From Leucoraja ocellata (lineage: Eukaryota), in the NCBI GenBank assembly GCA_036785375.1, contig JAWMAR010000289.1:2604001-2668000 (forward strand): 64,000 nucleotides of DNA, in the 5' to 3' direction. The notes beneath the pieces were generated by a model that saw nothing but the letters and a program-made list of their open reading frames with translations, had not been told where the DNA came from and searched no databases. Shown here in pieces: positions 37,957-50,020 of this stretch (the first letter of the stretch is position 1; each line of letters begins with the position of its first letter). Made by a program: the position numbers and the translations under genes.

Positions 37957-39863
37957 ACATGAACTCCAATGTTTGTTCATATTGCAGCATCATAGTAACT
38001 GACCTGAGCCACTCAGAATTATTATTCCTTTCTGCTTGGAAAATTAACACTTTCAAGAGCAAAAAGGTGAGTTAATACTTCGTTATGTTTTACTTGCTAA
38101 AGTACGGAAATACTTTCAGATATGAGAGAATCTAAAGCCTACGCTTTCACCTAGTAGAGGAATGCCTTTAGCATTCTTGTTAACCTATGTATGGTGTTTG
38201 ATGTAATCTGTACTGTGTCAAGGTACTTTGATTGTTTACTGCAACTAGTACAACTGTACACAGTTTGCAGAACACACATCCTACAGTGTACATACTGTAG
38301 CAGTTGAGTATATGTTGTTATTCTTGAGACAGAGAGCCAGCTGTTTCAGTGCGAGCCTACAGTGCATAAAACAGTCCCGTTGATCTGGCCTCCAGGTCTT
38401 AAACACAACTAATTTTTCATGCTCGACAAGCAGCTCACTCTGCTATATCTTCGAAAGTGAATAAATATTAGAACTTGTGAGCATGCAATCGCTGAGAATG
38501 TTTTTTCCCAGGTTATCCATTCCTGCAATCAAAGAGCTGGCTCTTGTAGCAAACTGCTGTTACAATAGTGTTAAATGCAATAAGAAGGCAGTGCCCCCTT
38601 GTTTACAGGGGAAAGGCCTGAACAAAATGCCTTTGAACTGAGTAAGTAGTTGAAATGTGATTTATACCAAGCATCATTTATTTCCCTCCAACATATAATT
38701 TTGTTAACGAGAAAGAATCAATGAATCTAACGAAGTAGACTAACACTATAAGGTTAATCTGAGATTGTCATTTATGTCAAAGTAGCAGAGTAAATTTGTA
38801 AATTTTGCATAAAAACAAGACTTTACACCTTCCCTCCCCATCTGCAACCTCCCACCCCCCCACCCTCCCCCAACAAAAGGCAGTCATAGTTTTGTGGAAA
38901 AGCAACACCCGAAAACAGAGGTTAAAGTTGTAAATTAAGCATTAGGCCCACTATTACAGCACTACATCGACTTCACATGGCACAGCACAATGAAAGATTT
39001 AGTGACTGTACACAGTGTTAATACAGTAGTGAGCCAGGCACAATTTAACACTTTCCTTTCATTAAAAAATGGAAAAGAATCTATTCATTATGAAATAAAC
39101 TAATGTTCTAAGATTATTCTTAATTTGTTGTGATTCATTCATTCAAAGCTTACATTCTTAAATCCATTCATAAAGTATAATAATTTAGGAAGTTCCCTTT
39201 CCTCTTTCTATTTATTCTGCATGAACTCTACAACACTAAGAATTGCAGGCATTTATGAAAAATACCATCAAGGGCCAATTACTATTCCCAGGGCACACCC
39301 ATAGACTGGTTCCCAATGAAAACAATTGCATTCTAATTTAACTAATAATTTATGACCAGTTGACTTGACAGCCTCTTGCAGGCAAAAACAGCTATTAAAA
39401 GTAACTGATGCTATAATTACAAAATATAAATCTCCAGATGTTACCATTACTGCAAAAGGTTTAGTCACCTGCCAGCATTTCTTAGCCCTGTCAGACTAAT
39501 AGTTTATTGATTCACTGTTGACTATAAACCAAATATATTTAGAAGTTGATTTTATTTGAGACCATGATCTTCAAGACATTTGAGAACCAAATACTACTGA
39601 TACTTTCAATGACAAATGACTTTACATTTCAAACAAGATAATTTTATGAGGAAATAGATGAACTTCAAAACTATCTAAAAGTCTTTGAACTCAGGTCTTT
39701 ACATTTCTTTCCTGCTGCAGCTGTTTGAGCTTCTTCTGAATTCAAGAATCTTCCTCTATTATTCAGCAACAATTCTGGAGGTGCAAAGCATATGAACAGG
39801 ATAGATCTCATCCCACCATGCGTGCATCTGCTAAATTCTATGACCACACATCAAACACTGGTA

Positions 39864-40857
39864 CAGTGCCCACCATAATGTTTGGGACAAAGACCCATAA
39901 TTTATTTATTTGCCTCTGTACTCCACAATTTGAGATTTGTAATTTAAAAAAAAATCACATGTGGTGAAACTGAACATTGTCAGATTTTAATAAAGGCCAT
40001 TTTAATACATTTTGGTTTCACCATGTAGAAATTACAGCAGTGTGTATACATTTTTCCAGAACTGTGGTTGCTCTTTTAAGTACTTCTTGGCAAACTGTAA
40101 CCTGGCCATCCTATTTTTGCAGCTAACGGCGGTTTGCATCTTGCAGTATAGCCTCTGTATTTCTGTTCATGAAGTCTTCTGCAGACAGTGGTTATTAACA
40201 CATCCACACCTGACTCCTGAAGAGTGTTTCTGATCTCTCGGACAGGCTTTTGGGGATTTTTCTTTATTATAGAGAGAATTCTTCTGTCATCAGCTGTGGA
40301 GGTCTTCCCTGGCCTGCCAGTCCCTTTACGATTAGTAAACTCACCAGTGCTCTCTTTCTTCTTAATGACGTTCCAAACAATTGATTTTGGTAAGCTTAAG
40401 GTTTGGCTGATGTCTCCAACAGTTTTATTCTTGGTCCTCGGTCTCATAATGGTTTATTTGGCTTTCATTGGCACAACTTTGGTCCTCATGTTGATAAACA
40501 GCAATAAAAGTTTCCAAAGGTAATGGAAAGACTGGAGGAAAGACTAGGTCATGAGAGCTCTCTTATACGTGCGTTAAGGAGGTATTTAAACACACCTGAG
40601 CAATTCCAAACGCCTATGAAGCCATGTGTCCCAAAAATTATGGTGCTCTGAAGTGGGGGGGGGGGGGGGCTATGTATAAACACAGCTATAATTTCTACAT
40701 GGTGAAACTAAAATGTATAAAAATGGCCTTTATTAAAATCTGACAATGTATACTTTAATCACATGTGATTTTTTTCTATTAAAAATCTCAAATTGTGGAG
40801 TACAGAGGCAAATAAATAAATGATGAGTCTTTGTCCCAAAGATTATGGCGGGCACTG
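39864..40857 (-). mobile_element. Tc1/mariner DNA transposon, internally deleted
   Basis: TA-CAGTGCCC...GGGCACTG-TA with ~170-bp inverted termini. Transposase N-terminus from ATG at 40489 with an early TAA. Paired-like HTH and GRPR-like GRPGKTS motif. DDE domain absent. Confidence 0.95.
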
Positions 40858-41319
40858 TATGGATCAACTCAGGTCAATAAAAGAAGACAATATTTAATCC
40901 CAAGCCCAATAGTTAAGTGCTTATGTCATACTGGCAGAGATAATGAATGTTTCTTGCACATGCTTGTAGTGTGTGATCAAGACAGTTCCAATTGATTTGG
41001 AACCCTTATTTATACCATATTTCTTTACAACATTGGAGCATATTTCAGCCTATGGAATGTATCCAGGCTCACAGAGCAATTCCATTCTCTCAATAAATTT
41101 CCCTGCAACCTTCCCTTCTCTCCAGACTCCCATCATACCTCCCCATATTCCACCACTCCCCGACATACCATGAGAGATTTATGGTAGCCAGAAAATAGGG
41201 GGAACCTATGCAAGAAAAACATACTAACTCCACACAGGTAACTCCTGAGGTGTGAGGAAACATCACTACTATCTGTGCCACTCAGTTCCTTTGATGGTTA
41301 CTTTATTCCCTCCATTCTG

Positions 41320-41808
41320 AGAAACAGAGTGATACAGCGGGGAAACAGGCCCTTTGGCCCAACTTGCCCACACCAGCCAACATGTCCCAGCTACACTAGT
41401 CCCACCTTCCCGCGTTTGGCCCATATCTCTCCAAACCTGTCCAATCCATTTATCTTTCTAACTGTTTCTTAAGCATTGGGATAGTCCCTGCCTCAACTAC
41501 CTCCTTTAGCAGCTTGTTCCATACACCCACCACCCTTTCTGTGAAAAAGCTACCCCTCAGATTCCTATTAAATCTTTTCCCCTTCACCTTAAACCTATGA
41601 CATCTGATCCTCAATTCACCTACTCTGGGCAAGAGAGAAACTGTGCATCTGTCCGATTTATTCCTCTCATGATTGTATACACCTCTTTAAGATCATTCCT
41701 CATCCACCTGTGCTCCAAGGAATAGAGTCCCAGCCTAGTCAACCTCTCCCTATAGCTCAGACCCTCTAGTCCTGGCAACATCCTCGTAAATCTTCTCTGT
41801 ACCCTCTC
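41320..41808 (-). mobile_element. CR1 LINE 3' fragment
   Basis: HRFKVKGKRFNRNLRGSFFTERVVGVWNKL on minus. Related piece at 22208-22368. Confidence 0.9.
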
Positions 41809-42255
41809 AGGTTATAGCTGGCTGACATTCTACAGCTACCGGTTGCCTTCTTGGACAACCATTACTGTAAATTTACTGACTACTGTACACTTGGGAAAAG
41901 GATTGGGAAAGGAGAAGGCATCACCACCAGATGCAGCCCTCTCCCTGGCCCAGATTAAATTCTGACTGATAGTTTTCTCTGTAGCCCCTGGAATACTTCC
42001 CATCCTATCACAAACACATCCTTGTCAGTTGTAGCACCCTAGTCAAGAACCGATAATTCAACAGAGACCAAGTTGCATTTAAATCTTTTGGGGAAGCTTT
42101 TATTTAATGATGGTTCATAAAGTACCTTAACTTGCAGCCACAAATAGATCCTTTCAGTCTTTTCAGTTTGCTATAACAAAATTACTCTGTTCTAATCCCA
42201 GTTATAATCTTGGAAAGCCCCTCCTTTTTTAACTTAGTGTTGACACTCTAAAAGC

Positions 42256-42417
42256 GGTATGCAAGCCGCTGGAATACTTCCCAGGCAATGCTGATGACAG
42301 AAACTGTACCGCAGTGACTGACTGAAGTAGCCAATTCTGCAACCACCAACCGTCAACCGTCACTGACCGACCGGAAAGACGTGATATAGAAGATGGCCGG
42401 ACACGAGGAAGAAGAAG
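42256..42417 (+). mobile_element. Short 5'-truncated non-LTR retroposon 3' end with (GAA)n tail (possibly Vingi/I-like)
   Basis: 11-bp TSD ACTCTAAAAGC at 42245-42255 and 42418-42428. Ends GGACACGAGGAAGAAGAAG. CpG-rich. Confidence 0.72.
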
Positions 42418-42674
42418 ACTCTAAAAGCAGTTTTACAACAGGCTGCAAAAAGTGACCTCATTATTTCACTGTGCCAATTCTTGCCAGTGTGATTGTTCGA
42501 GTGCAGAGAGTGACATAATTCGGTGGTTAATCATTCCAGGACCATCCTCCCATTGCACCTGGTGTAGATGAAGCAAGGATTAGAGCCAATACAAACAAGT
42601 TGGGCTCATTATTGTTTCGAGATGTACTTACTGGACATTATTAATCAATTGTTCTTTCTTGAAAAACAAAGTTA

Positions 42675-42999
42675 TGGGCCTGTCCCACTTGGCAAATTTT
42701 TAGGCAACTGCCAGCGACTGTCATAGCCATAGCAGGTTTCCGGGAAACCGGCGACAACCTACGTCATCCTGGCTACAACCTACAACAGCACCTACATCAG
42801 GAGGTCAAGCTACACTCATTGGCGTCATACCCACTGTCGCCGAAATATTTTAAACGTGTTGAAAATTTAGCGGCTACCAGAAAGACGCTACGACTTTTTG
42901 AGCAACTGAGGAGACTACTCCCGGCAACCACCGGTGAACATGTGACGACAAACTAGTCGCCTGTAGTTGCTAAAACAACGTCAAAGTGGGACAGGCCCA
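42675..42999. mobile_element. PIF/Harbinger-type MITE
   Basis: TIR TGGGCCTGTCCCACTT / AAGTGGGACAGGCCCA. TTA TSD at 42672-42674 and 43000-43002. Confidence 0.9.
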
Positions 43000-44957
43000 T
43001 TACAGTAGTCAATTTTCAATTCAGAGTTCGTGTGCAGAGTGTACACTTAATAAACAAAATATACATATTATTTGAGTTATTGTCACAATGTCACATTCAG
43101 CTCAGTGTCATAGAGCTAGCATCCACATTTCCTGCTGCCTCAAGGATGACATGTCAAACTTTAGGGTAACATCAAAACATTATTAATTTCACACCATATG
43201 GCATCCCTTCAGCCATTAGTCACCGTGAAGCCCGTCCACTAGAGAGGCGAATTCGTATTTTTATTTTCTAGATAGATTAACTGAAGCATGTCGACAGATG
43301 CACAGATACCCATGTTATTTTGAACCCTCAGATTTGTATTCATTTCAATGAGATTTATAAATAAATGTATCCGTCAAATATGTCAGCAGTAGGCCACAGC
43401 ATACTATTTAAATTATTGACGCGATACAGCAACAGCCTTGAAAACGCAAGAATTGCCTGGAACGAACCTGTCAATTATCAAATCCCTGGCATTAGCCTGA
43501 GTCACAGCCATTTAAATTCGATATTGATTTACACGAATTACAAGTTGTGCGGTTAACCAATTTGAGACAGTCCTTACATTCCTATCTAAACAACCTTCCT
43601 GGATTGAAGGAAACGGGGAGATTGTGCTGTGTGTGGAGGGTAGGTTGGACAGTTCAGATTGGATTCGCACAGACTGGTTAAACTTTCGTGGGTTGGCTTA
43701 AATAAAGATGCTATCGCTTTAACCTCTGGGGTTGGTTCCAGTCTGTCAAGGCACACAGTTGGGAGCCGGAGCCGGGTGACTGGGCGATGATGATTATGAG
43801 AATTTGCAGCCATTTGAACCGCAGCCAAACTAGAGGCTTCACTCAGGAGTGGGTCGCAGCTCCCCAGCTGACAGGACCTGTTCTCCGCCCCAGCGAGTGG
43901 GCAAATGCGGAGCCAACCCGTAATATGAATGGGAGCATTTTCTCAGTCAGACTTTGTCGACAGTTGGGGTGGAGGATCTGGGAGAGAGAGAGCTGGCGAT
44001 GCCGCACAGACGGAACAGTTTAATGACGACCCATTAAAATCCGCCCCTCGGTCACTCGGCAACCTGGGCTGATCTGATCTGATCTGACAGTGACAGCCCT
44101 CTCGCTAGCTCGCTGCGTTTCCGATCCTAACGCAGAACCTCAACAAAACATTTGGGCTTCGGGTAACACCTGCACAAAGAGCCTCTGCTACCATGGGCTG
44201 GCGAACTGTGCTGGTCAACGTGCACTGGGCGAGATGGCTGGGGAAACACACTGCAAACTTGTAACAACACAGACCCTCCACTCAATCTATCCAATACTAA
44301 AGGGCAGGCATTTCGCAGTGAAATGTCTTATATCGGATTGGCGGCTCCTTCACAGGGCCTACCCTGTACCCAGTGTTCCTCGGAGATGAATCTTTGCCTG
44401 AACGGTACATTCACACCGCCTGTAGGTAAAGCATCAGCCCACATCACACTGATACAGTCGCTGCTTGTTTTCTTCACTGAATTGCCAAGCGCGCTGTTTA
44501 ATATAATCAAAGCTGTGTGTTTGTTGCTTCAGAACAGATTTGATACAGCGAGATCTCAGTTACACGTTTTGTTTTCATTCTCCCCGATGTTTTGCAACAA
44601 GGTCGAGGCGGGTGCAATCATTTCAAGGCTCGTGTGATGTTTCCGGACCAGTCTAGCCGGCCAGTTATTTTCTGCAAGCTGTTTCTGACACAATCCAGCG
44701 CTCTGTGAGCCAACGCTAGAAGCAGGGAGCTTTAAATCTCAGCCTCCACTCCGGTATCAGCTCTCCATCGCTCCCTCCCTTCCTCCCTCCCCTCCACCGC
44801 CCCGGTCCCGAGGCCAGTGTGCGGCCCCGCGGCACCTGTTAAAAGTCAAAAGCATCGGCTTCGCCGGCCGGAGCTCTGCGCCTGGCGAGATCGATCCCGC
44901 AAACAACCTGCAGAGGCGGCGGGAAGTGGGAAAGGAGCGCGGTCTAAAGTGCCGGGA

Positions 44958-45496
44958 NNNNNNNNNNNNNNNNNNNNNNNNNNNNNNNNNNNNNNNNNNN
45001 NNNNNNNNNNNNNNNNNNNNNNNNNNNNNNNNNNNNNNNNNNNNNNNNNNNNNNNNNNNNNNNNNNNNNNNNNNNNNNNNNNNNNNNNNNNNNNNNNNNN
45101 NNNNNNNNNNNNNNNNNNNNNNNNNNNNNNNNNNNNNNNNNNNNNNNNNNNNNNNNNNNNNNNNNNNNNNNNNNNNNNNNNNNNNNNNNNNNNNNNNNNN
45201 NNNNNNNNNNNNNNNNNNNNNNNNNNNNNNNNNNNNNNNNNNNNNNNNNNNNNNNNNNNNNNNNNNNNNNNNNNNNNNNNNNNNNNNNNNNNNNNNNNNN
45301 NNNNNNNNNNNNNNNNNNNNNNNNNNNNNNNNNNNNNNNNNNNNNNNNNNNNNNNNNNNNNNNNNNNNNNNNNNNNNNNNNNNNNNNNNNNNNNNNNNNN
45401 NNNNNNNNNNNNNNNNNNNNNNNNNNNNNNNNNNNNNNNNNNNNNNNNNNNNNNNNNNNNNNNNNNNNNNNNNNNNNNNNNNNNNNNNNNNNNNNN
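44958..45496. other. Assembly gap (539 N)
   Basis: Run of N inside the CpG island. Confidence 0.99.
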
Positions 45497-45547
45497 TGGG
45501 CGGTCGAGTGTCGATGGTTGTCCAGAGGAGTTAATCAAACGTGGACC

Positions 45548-45550
<3 letters not shown>

Positions 45551-45588
<38 letters not shown>
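45551..45588. repeat. (GA)n microsatellite
   Basis: Direct reading. Confidence 0.95.
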
Positions 45589-45590
<2 letters not shown>

Positions 45591-46033
45591 ACACCTGAAC
45601 CCGCTGAGGCGAGAGGGGTAGATGTGGAAAAGTCGGAAATATGATTGTGTTTACTGAGAGACGGAACACGTGATTGCGCTCCTGAAGCGAACAGTCTCGA
45701 CACCAGGCGCTGCAAACTCAGCGCTGTCCAAAAAAACTTTCCCCAAATCCCTGGCAGTAACGGAGTGAACAGTCGGGGGAGAGATCATCAACAAACACGG
45801 TGACTGGGAGAGAATCACAAATCTATTTCAAAGCGAAATAAGAGGGAAGACCGGGGGGGGGGGGGGGGGGGAGATCCCATTGACCAGAGTCTCAGCCCGA
45901 GTGACAAAACAAGCATTGGGTAATCACACCTTTTCAAACATCCCCGCGGCTCAGACAGAGACAAGTCAAACAGACGCGCTCCTGACAAACGCGTCTCCCG
46001 GCTCCGCCAAATCTCACAGAAACATCCACTTAC

Positions 46034-46310
46034 GCACGACTTCCCGCCTGGGGTCCAATGCGTTCACGGCCGCCCCGATGTCGCTGATTTTCCGCTGGAT
46101 GGCACCGAGACGGCGGTGGATGGCGAACACCTCGTCCTCTATCTCCTGGAAGAGCCCGCAGGCGTGCCTGGCCAGCTCGGCCAGTTGGCCCACGGTCCGG
46201 GTGAGAGTGTGGTTGCTGACAGCGGGCAGCTCTTCAAACGCTGCGGGCCGCTCAGCCGAGCCATGGCGAGTCAGGATCAGCGGCTGGCAGATGCGCTTGG
46301 GGAAAGGCAT
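46034..46310 (-). CDS. NHS: First coding exon of an NHS-family actin regulator (N-terminal WAVE homology domain), most similar to NHS
   Basis: Translation MPFPKRICQP...AVSNHTLTRTVGQLAELARHACGLFQEIEDEVFAIHRRLGAIQRKISDIGAAVNALDPRREVV matches recalled NHS exon 1 (MPFAKRIVEP...[29 protein letters not shown]...LDPKQEAVP). Kozak GCCATG at 46308-46310. Canonical donor C|GTAAGT at 46034/46033 in phase 1 (277 nt = 92 codons + 1). The paralogue call (NHS vs NHSL1/2) is less certain than the family call. Confidence 0.9.
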
Positions 46311-47074
46311 GGCGCTCTCTCTCTCTCTCCCCCTCTCCCTCGCTCTGACTTCTCTCCCGGCTGCAAGTTACGGGAGAATAAATGGCAGCAGGTCCGGCCG
46401 AAAGTTTCTCTTCTCCTCGTCCCCCCGCCCCCACCCCCTCCCTCCGCTCCTCACTGCAACCTTGCAGGAAACGCCATTCCGCAGCCCCGCCACTCCGCGG
46501 CGACTTCTCCGAGAGCAACCCAGGCGTTCTCCGCCTTTGCGATCATCAGTTGCCGTTTTGGTGCCTTTTTCTTTTTTAAAGAGGTTTTAAATGTTGCGAG
46601 GAAGACACGGAGCGGATCGTCTGGATCGGGAGCGGCGCGGGTTTCCGCCCTATCCCCACCACAACCCCTCTGTCTCTCCCTCTGCCTCTCGCCCACCCTC
46701 TCCCTCTCTCTCCCCCTCCCTCCCCCCTCACTCTCTCCCTTTCTTTCTCTCCACTCCAACACCTCCACTATCCGACCACAGGTCGAAGTTGAAACATGTG
46801 CCGGCACCGAGTCAGGACAGTGAACCCCAGCAGTGGAAGGAAGCAATGTGAATGTGCCAGTGTGGTTCTTGTGGTGGTCGCTGATTCCCACATTGCTGCT
46901 GTGGGTGTGGGAGTTTGCTCTGCTCATTCCAATAGTGACCGCTTCACAGCGTTGTTCCGTTGACTGTAACCCCCCCACTGGGGCTCCTGACAAATATAAT
47001 GTTTAAAGATTCAGCGAGTTGGATTTGAAGGTAAAGCACTGGGTGTATTTTCTGTACTGGTGTCTTACCCTTAG

Positions 47075-47272
47075 GCAAAACACAAGAATCTGGAGGAACT
47101 CAGCGGGCCAGCAGAGACCGAAGAGGGAATGGGCAGGCGACGTTTCGGGTCTGAAGAAGTGTCCCCGAACCTGAAACATCGTCTGTCCGTTCCCTCCCGT
47201 GATGCAGCCAGATCGGCTGAGATCCTCCGGCACTTTAGGTTTTGTCCAAGATTTCAGCATCTCTCGTGTCTT
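47075..47272. mobile_element. Palindromic Penelope-terminus derivative
   Basis: GGAACTCAGCGGGCCAG...GACGTTTCGGGTCTGAAGAAG...GAAACATCGTC...GCTGAGATCCTCC. Confidence 0.72.
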
Positions 47273-47727
47273 CTCCTTAGTCAGTAGGTCCATGAGCCCC
47301 TCTAACCTGTGTCGATTAGATCACAGCTGATCCGCAACTGCCCTCAGCTTACTTGACTTTGCTCCTTATTCCCCGATTGAATCATCCATCTGGATCGCCG
47401 CACGTTGGGAACTTTTAAATTACTATCACTTTTTTTTATGTGAATGTATGTTTTCCCCATATAAATTGACTAGCTCTACATTCAATATTATGTCCCCTTG
47501 TCACAGATGCCTCCAGAGAAAATAGCTTATTTTATTGTATATAAACCTGACTGGATTTCTAATCGTCCTTAAAACTTCATCGCGGAAACGCAAGCAACCG
47601 ATTAATATGCCATCAACCCTTGTATCCATTCTGCCTAAATGTCAATTTTTCAAATCCCCATGTTGTCAATACCTGTTGTCATCTGCTGAGAGTTATCAGC
47701 AAATTTAAATATAACAGCTACTGTTTC

Positions 47728-47980
47728 GGTCTCAGCTGGTAGAGCTGCTGTCTCGCAGCGCCAGAGACTGAGGTTCGATCCTGACCTCGGGTAGAGTTTG
47801 CACCTTCTCACTGTAACTGCGTGTGCTTTCTCACATCCCAAAGACATGCAGGTTAGTTGAGCTCTGTAAATTACCCCTAGTGCGTAGGAAGTAGATGCGA
47901 AAATAGGATAACATGGAACGGGTGATCGATAGTCGGTGTGGGCCGGCAGGACTGATGTTCCCATGCGGTATCTTCAATCA
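47728..47980 (+). mobile_element. HE1-type SINE
   Basis: GCTGGTAGAGCTGCTG...GGTTCGATCCTGACCTCGGGT (A/B boxes). Confidence 0.82.
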
Positions 47981-48224
47981 ATCGCTGTTTCTGTCGTCCC
48001 ATAATGAGAGGTTCCAGGGTTCCCCAGGGAACACCACATTATATCTTACTATTCATATTATCAGTTTCTTATCTTCTAATCCAAGTAAAAGGCAATATCC
48101 GTTTCCACACAGTATCATTCTTGCGAATCACCTTATTCCTGAGTCACTGGAGACTGTACGGTGATAACAGTCATTGACCTTCCCTTTGTTTACTTTTTTC
48201 ACCAATCTCGAATCTTTATTGCGG

Positions 48225-48745
48225 AAGAAGAAATTGCAGGTGCTGGTTTACGCCGAAGATAAGACACAAAATGCTGGAGTATCCCTGTCCCACTGTACGA
48301 GTTCATTCAAGTGCTCTCCCGAGTTAAAAAAAAAATCGAACTCGTGGTAAGCACGGAGAATGAACGTAGCGGGCACGACGGAGCCCGGGGACGTCTCTTA
48401 GCGGCTCGTAACGCTAACGGCAGGTACTCGGGAAACGCGGTAAGCTCGGGAAGACTCGAGGAGATTTTTCAACATGTTGAAAAATGCCCACGAGAGCCCC
48501 GAGTACCGACGAGGCGGCCATTACCGTAAATCTCCGAGTTCGAATCAGGGCAAACTCGAGAGAACTCTTTGAATGAACTGGTACATTGCTTTAACTCAGC
48601 GGGAGAACCAACATCTCTGGTGAGAATGAATGAGTGAGTTTCGGGTGGAGACCCTTCTTCAGTCTGGGTCTTGATCCGAAACATCACCTATTCCTTCTCT
48701 CCACAAAGTCTGTCCTGCTGAGTTTCTCCAGCATTTCCTATCTGT
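48225..48745. mobile_element. Palindromic Penelope-terminus derivative interrupted by a MITE
   Basis: GCTGGAGTA at ~48273-48281 resumes as TAACTCAGCGGG at ~48592. Confidence 0.75.
48283..48590. mobile_element. Harbinger-type MITE with degenerate ends
   Basis: CCTGTCCCACTGTACGAGTTCATTCAA ... TTGAATGAACTGGTACA inverted repeat. CpG-rich interior. Confidence 0.72.
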
Positions 48746-50020
48746 ATTGCCTTTGCTATCTGTTTCATTTTCTCTATTTTGTGACTCCCCCACAAGTGTG
48801 AATTCCTTCACATAAACATTATTGATACTCAACCTTATCATTTCATTAACGCCAACAATTGCCAGCAATAACTGATATAACTCCAAATCGTTGACTCCGT
48901 GGTTATTGTATTCCCATTCCCGTATATTCCCAATCCCCATGCATATTCAGCATTATAAAATGTTGAGGCTCAAGGGACTGCAGATGCTGGAATCTTGAGC
49001 AAAACACACAAAGTGCTGAAGGAACTCTGGTGTTCAGGCAAGATATTCTCTGTTGTATTTGAATCTAAACCCGTTGTGTTTTGCTATTTCAGGTCCAGCA
49101 GTATTTGCTCATCATTTTTACCTTTCCACCCCAATAAAATCGATCACCACTACAGACCATTTAGGTCCAAAATCCCAGAAGTACAATCCATTCCCCCAAG
49201 CACCTTTCCCAATATCCCTGAAAAGTATCCTCTCTCAGTCCCCATTGACTCGCCTTTGATTATTTTTAGCAAAAACCTACACTTATGGTAACTTTATTCT
49301 TCAATTGTCCAGCAAGACTGTCCGAGAATATTAGAGGAACCCAGTGCATTCAGAGGAAATATGCAAATTCCCGAGAACCAGCATTCATGTGCAGAATTGG
49401 ACCCAGGTCTGTGAAGTTGAGCGGTAGCAGCACTAACACTGTGCCACAATGCCACTTGTTCACTCTGAATGGGAGATGAAGAACATCTCCCACACAGATG
49501 CTCTGCATACGTCCAGTCGGTCGGTGTGCGTTTCTCCTCTCAGGGCAACCTTCTTGCCTCCTCGCCTGTTCTGTGTGAGGAGGGAGACACACAGAAGAGA
49601 GAGGAGGCGAGAAGGTAGCCTGGAGGCCCTAAGACCAGTTGTAGCTTCAATTCATGGTTTATAAAAATCCTGGCTTCAGAGATCACACTAGAAACATAGG
49701 AGATTTAATAAACTCAATAGGATGAGATGACCTTACTGCAATGGAAATGTCCATCATAGAGAACATTATGGATTCCAAGGGCTCCATCATGATGAAGAGT
49801 GCATAATTTTAATAAATGATAGGGTAGAAGAATGACAAATGGGCAACTGTGTTTTGGGGTGAAGTAACCCGTCACTAAAATGCCTACAATGTTGCCATTT
49901 CAGTCCGATACCCTACAGGCAATGAACAATTCAAATGGGATCATTATCTCTGAATAAATATAACATTCACCTATATGGTAACCTGTTTCATCTGATAGAC
50001 AGTCTGTTTCCACCCTGCAT

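Larger units (their letters stand above)
1..46033 (-). other. Probable intron 1 of the NHS-family gene, continuing beyond the window
   Basis: Starts at the GTAAGT donor. No exon-2 peptide (VSNLD.ESK-like) was noticed by eye. NHS genes are known to have a very long first intron. Confidence 0.65.
43750..46820. promoter_or_regulatory. CpG island covering the NHS promoter, 5'UTR, exon 1 and start of intron 1
   Basis: High GC and CpG density in non-repeat sequence compared with CpG-depleted flanks. GC box (GGGCGG on minus, ~46645-46650) and GA-rich tracts upstream of the ATG. Confidence 0.75.

Noticed and set aside
44817-45715. 202-289 aa ORFs
   Set aside because: Artefacts of translating through the N gap.
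46014-46033. C-terminal RKWMFL of the 98-aa ORF as a standalone microprotein
   Set aside because: Read-through past a canonical GTAAGT donor at the conserved exon boundary.
45880-46823. Plus-strand 235-236 aa ORFs
   Set aside because: Antisense shadow of NHS exon 1 in a GC-rich island.
47728-47790. tRNA gene (A/B boxes, GGTTCGATCC)
   Set aside because: It is the tRNA-derived head of a SINE continuing into the SINE body. No full cloverleaf.
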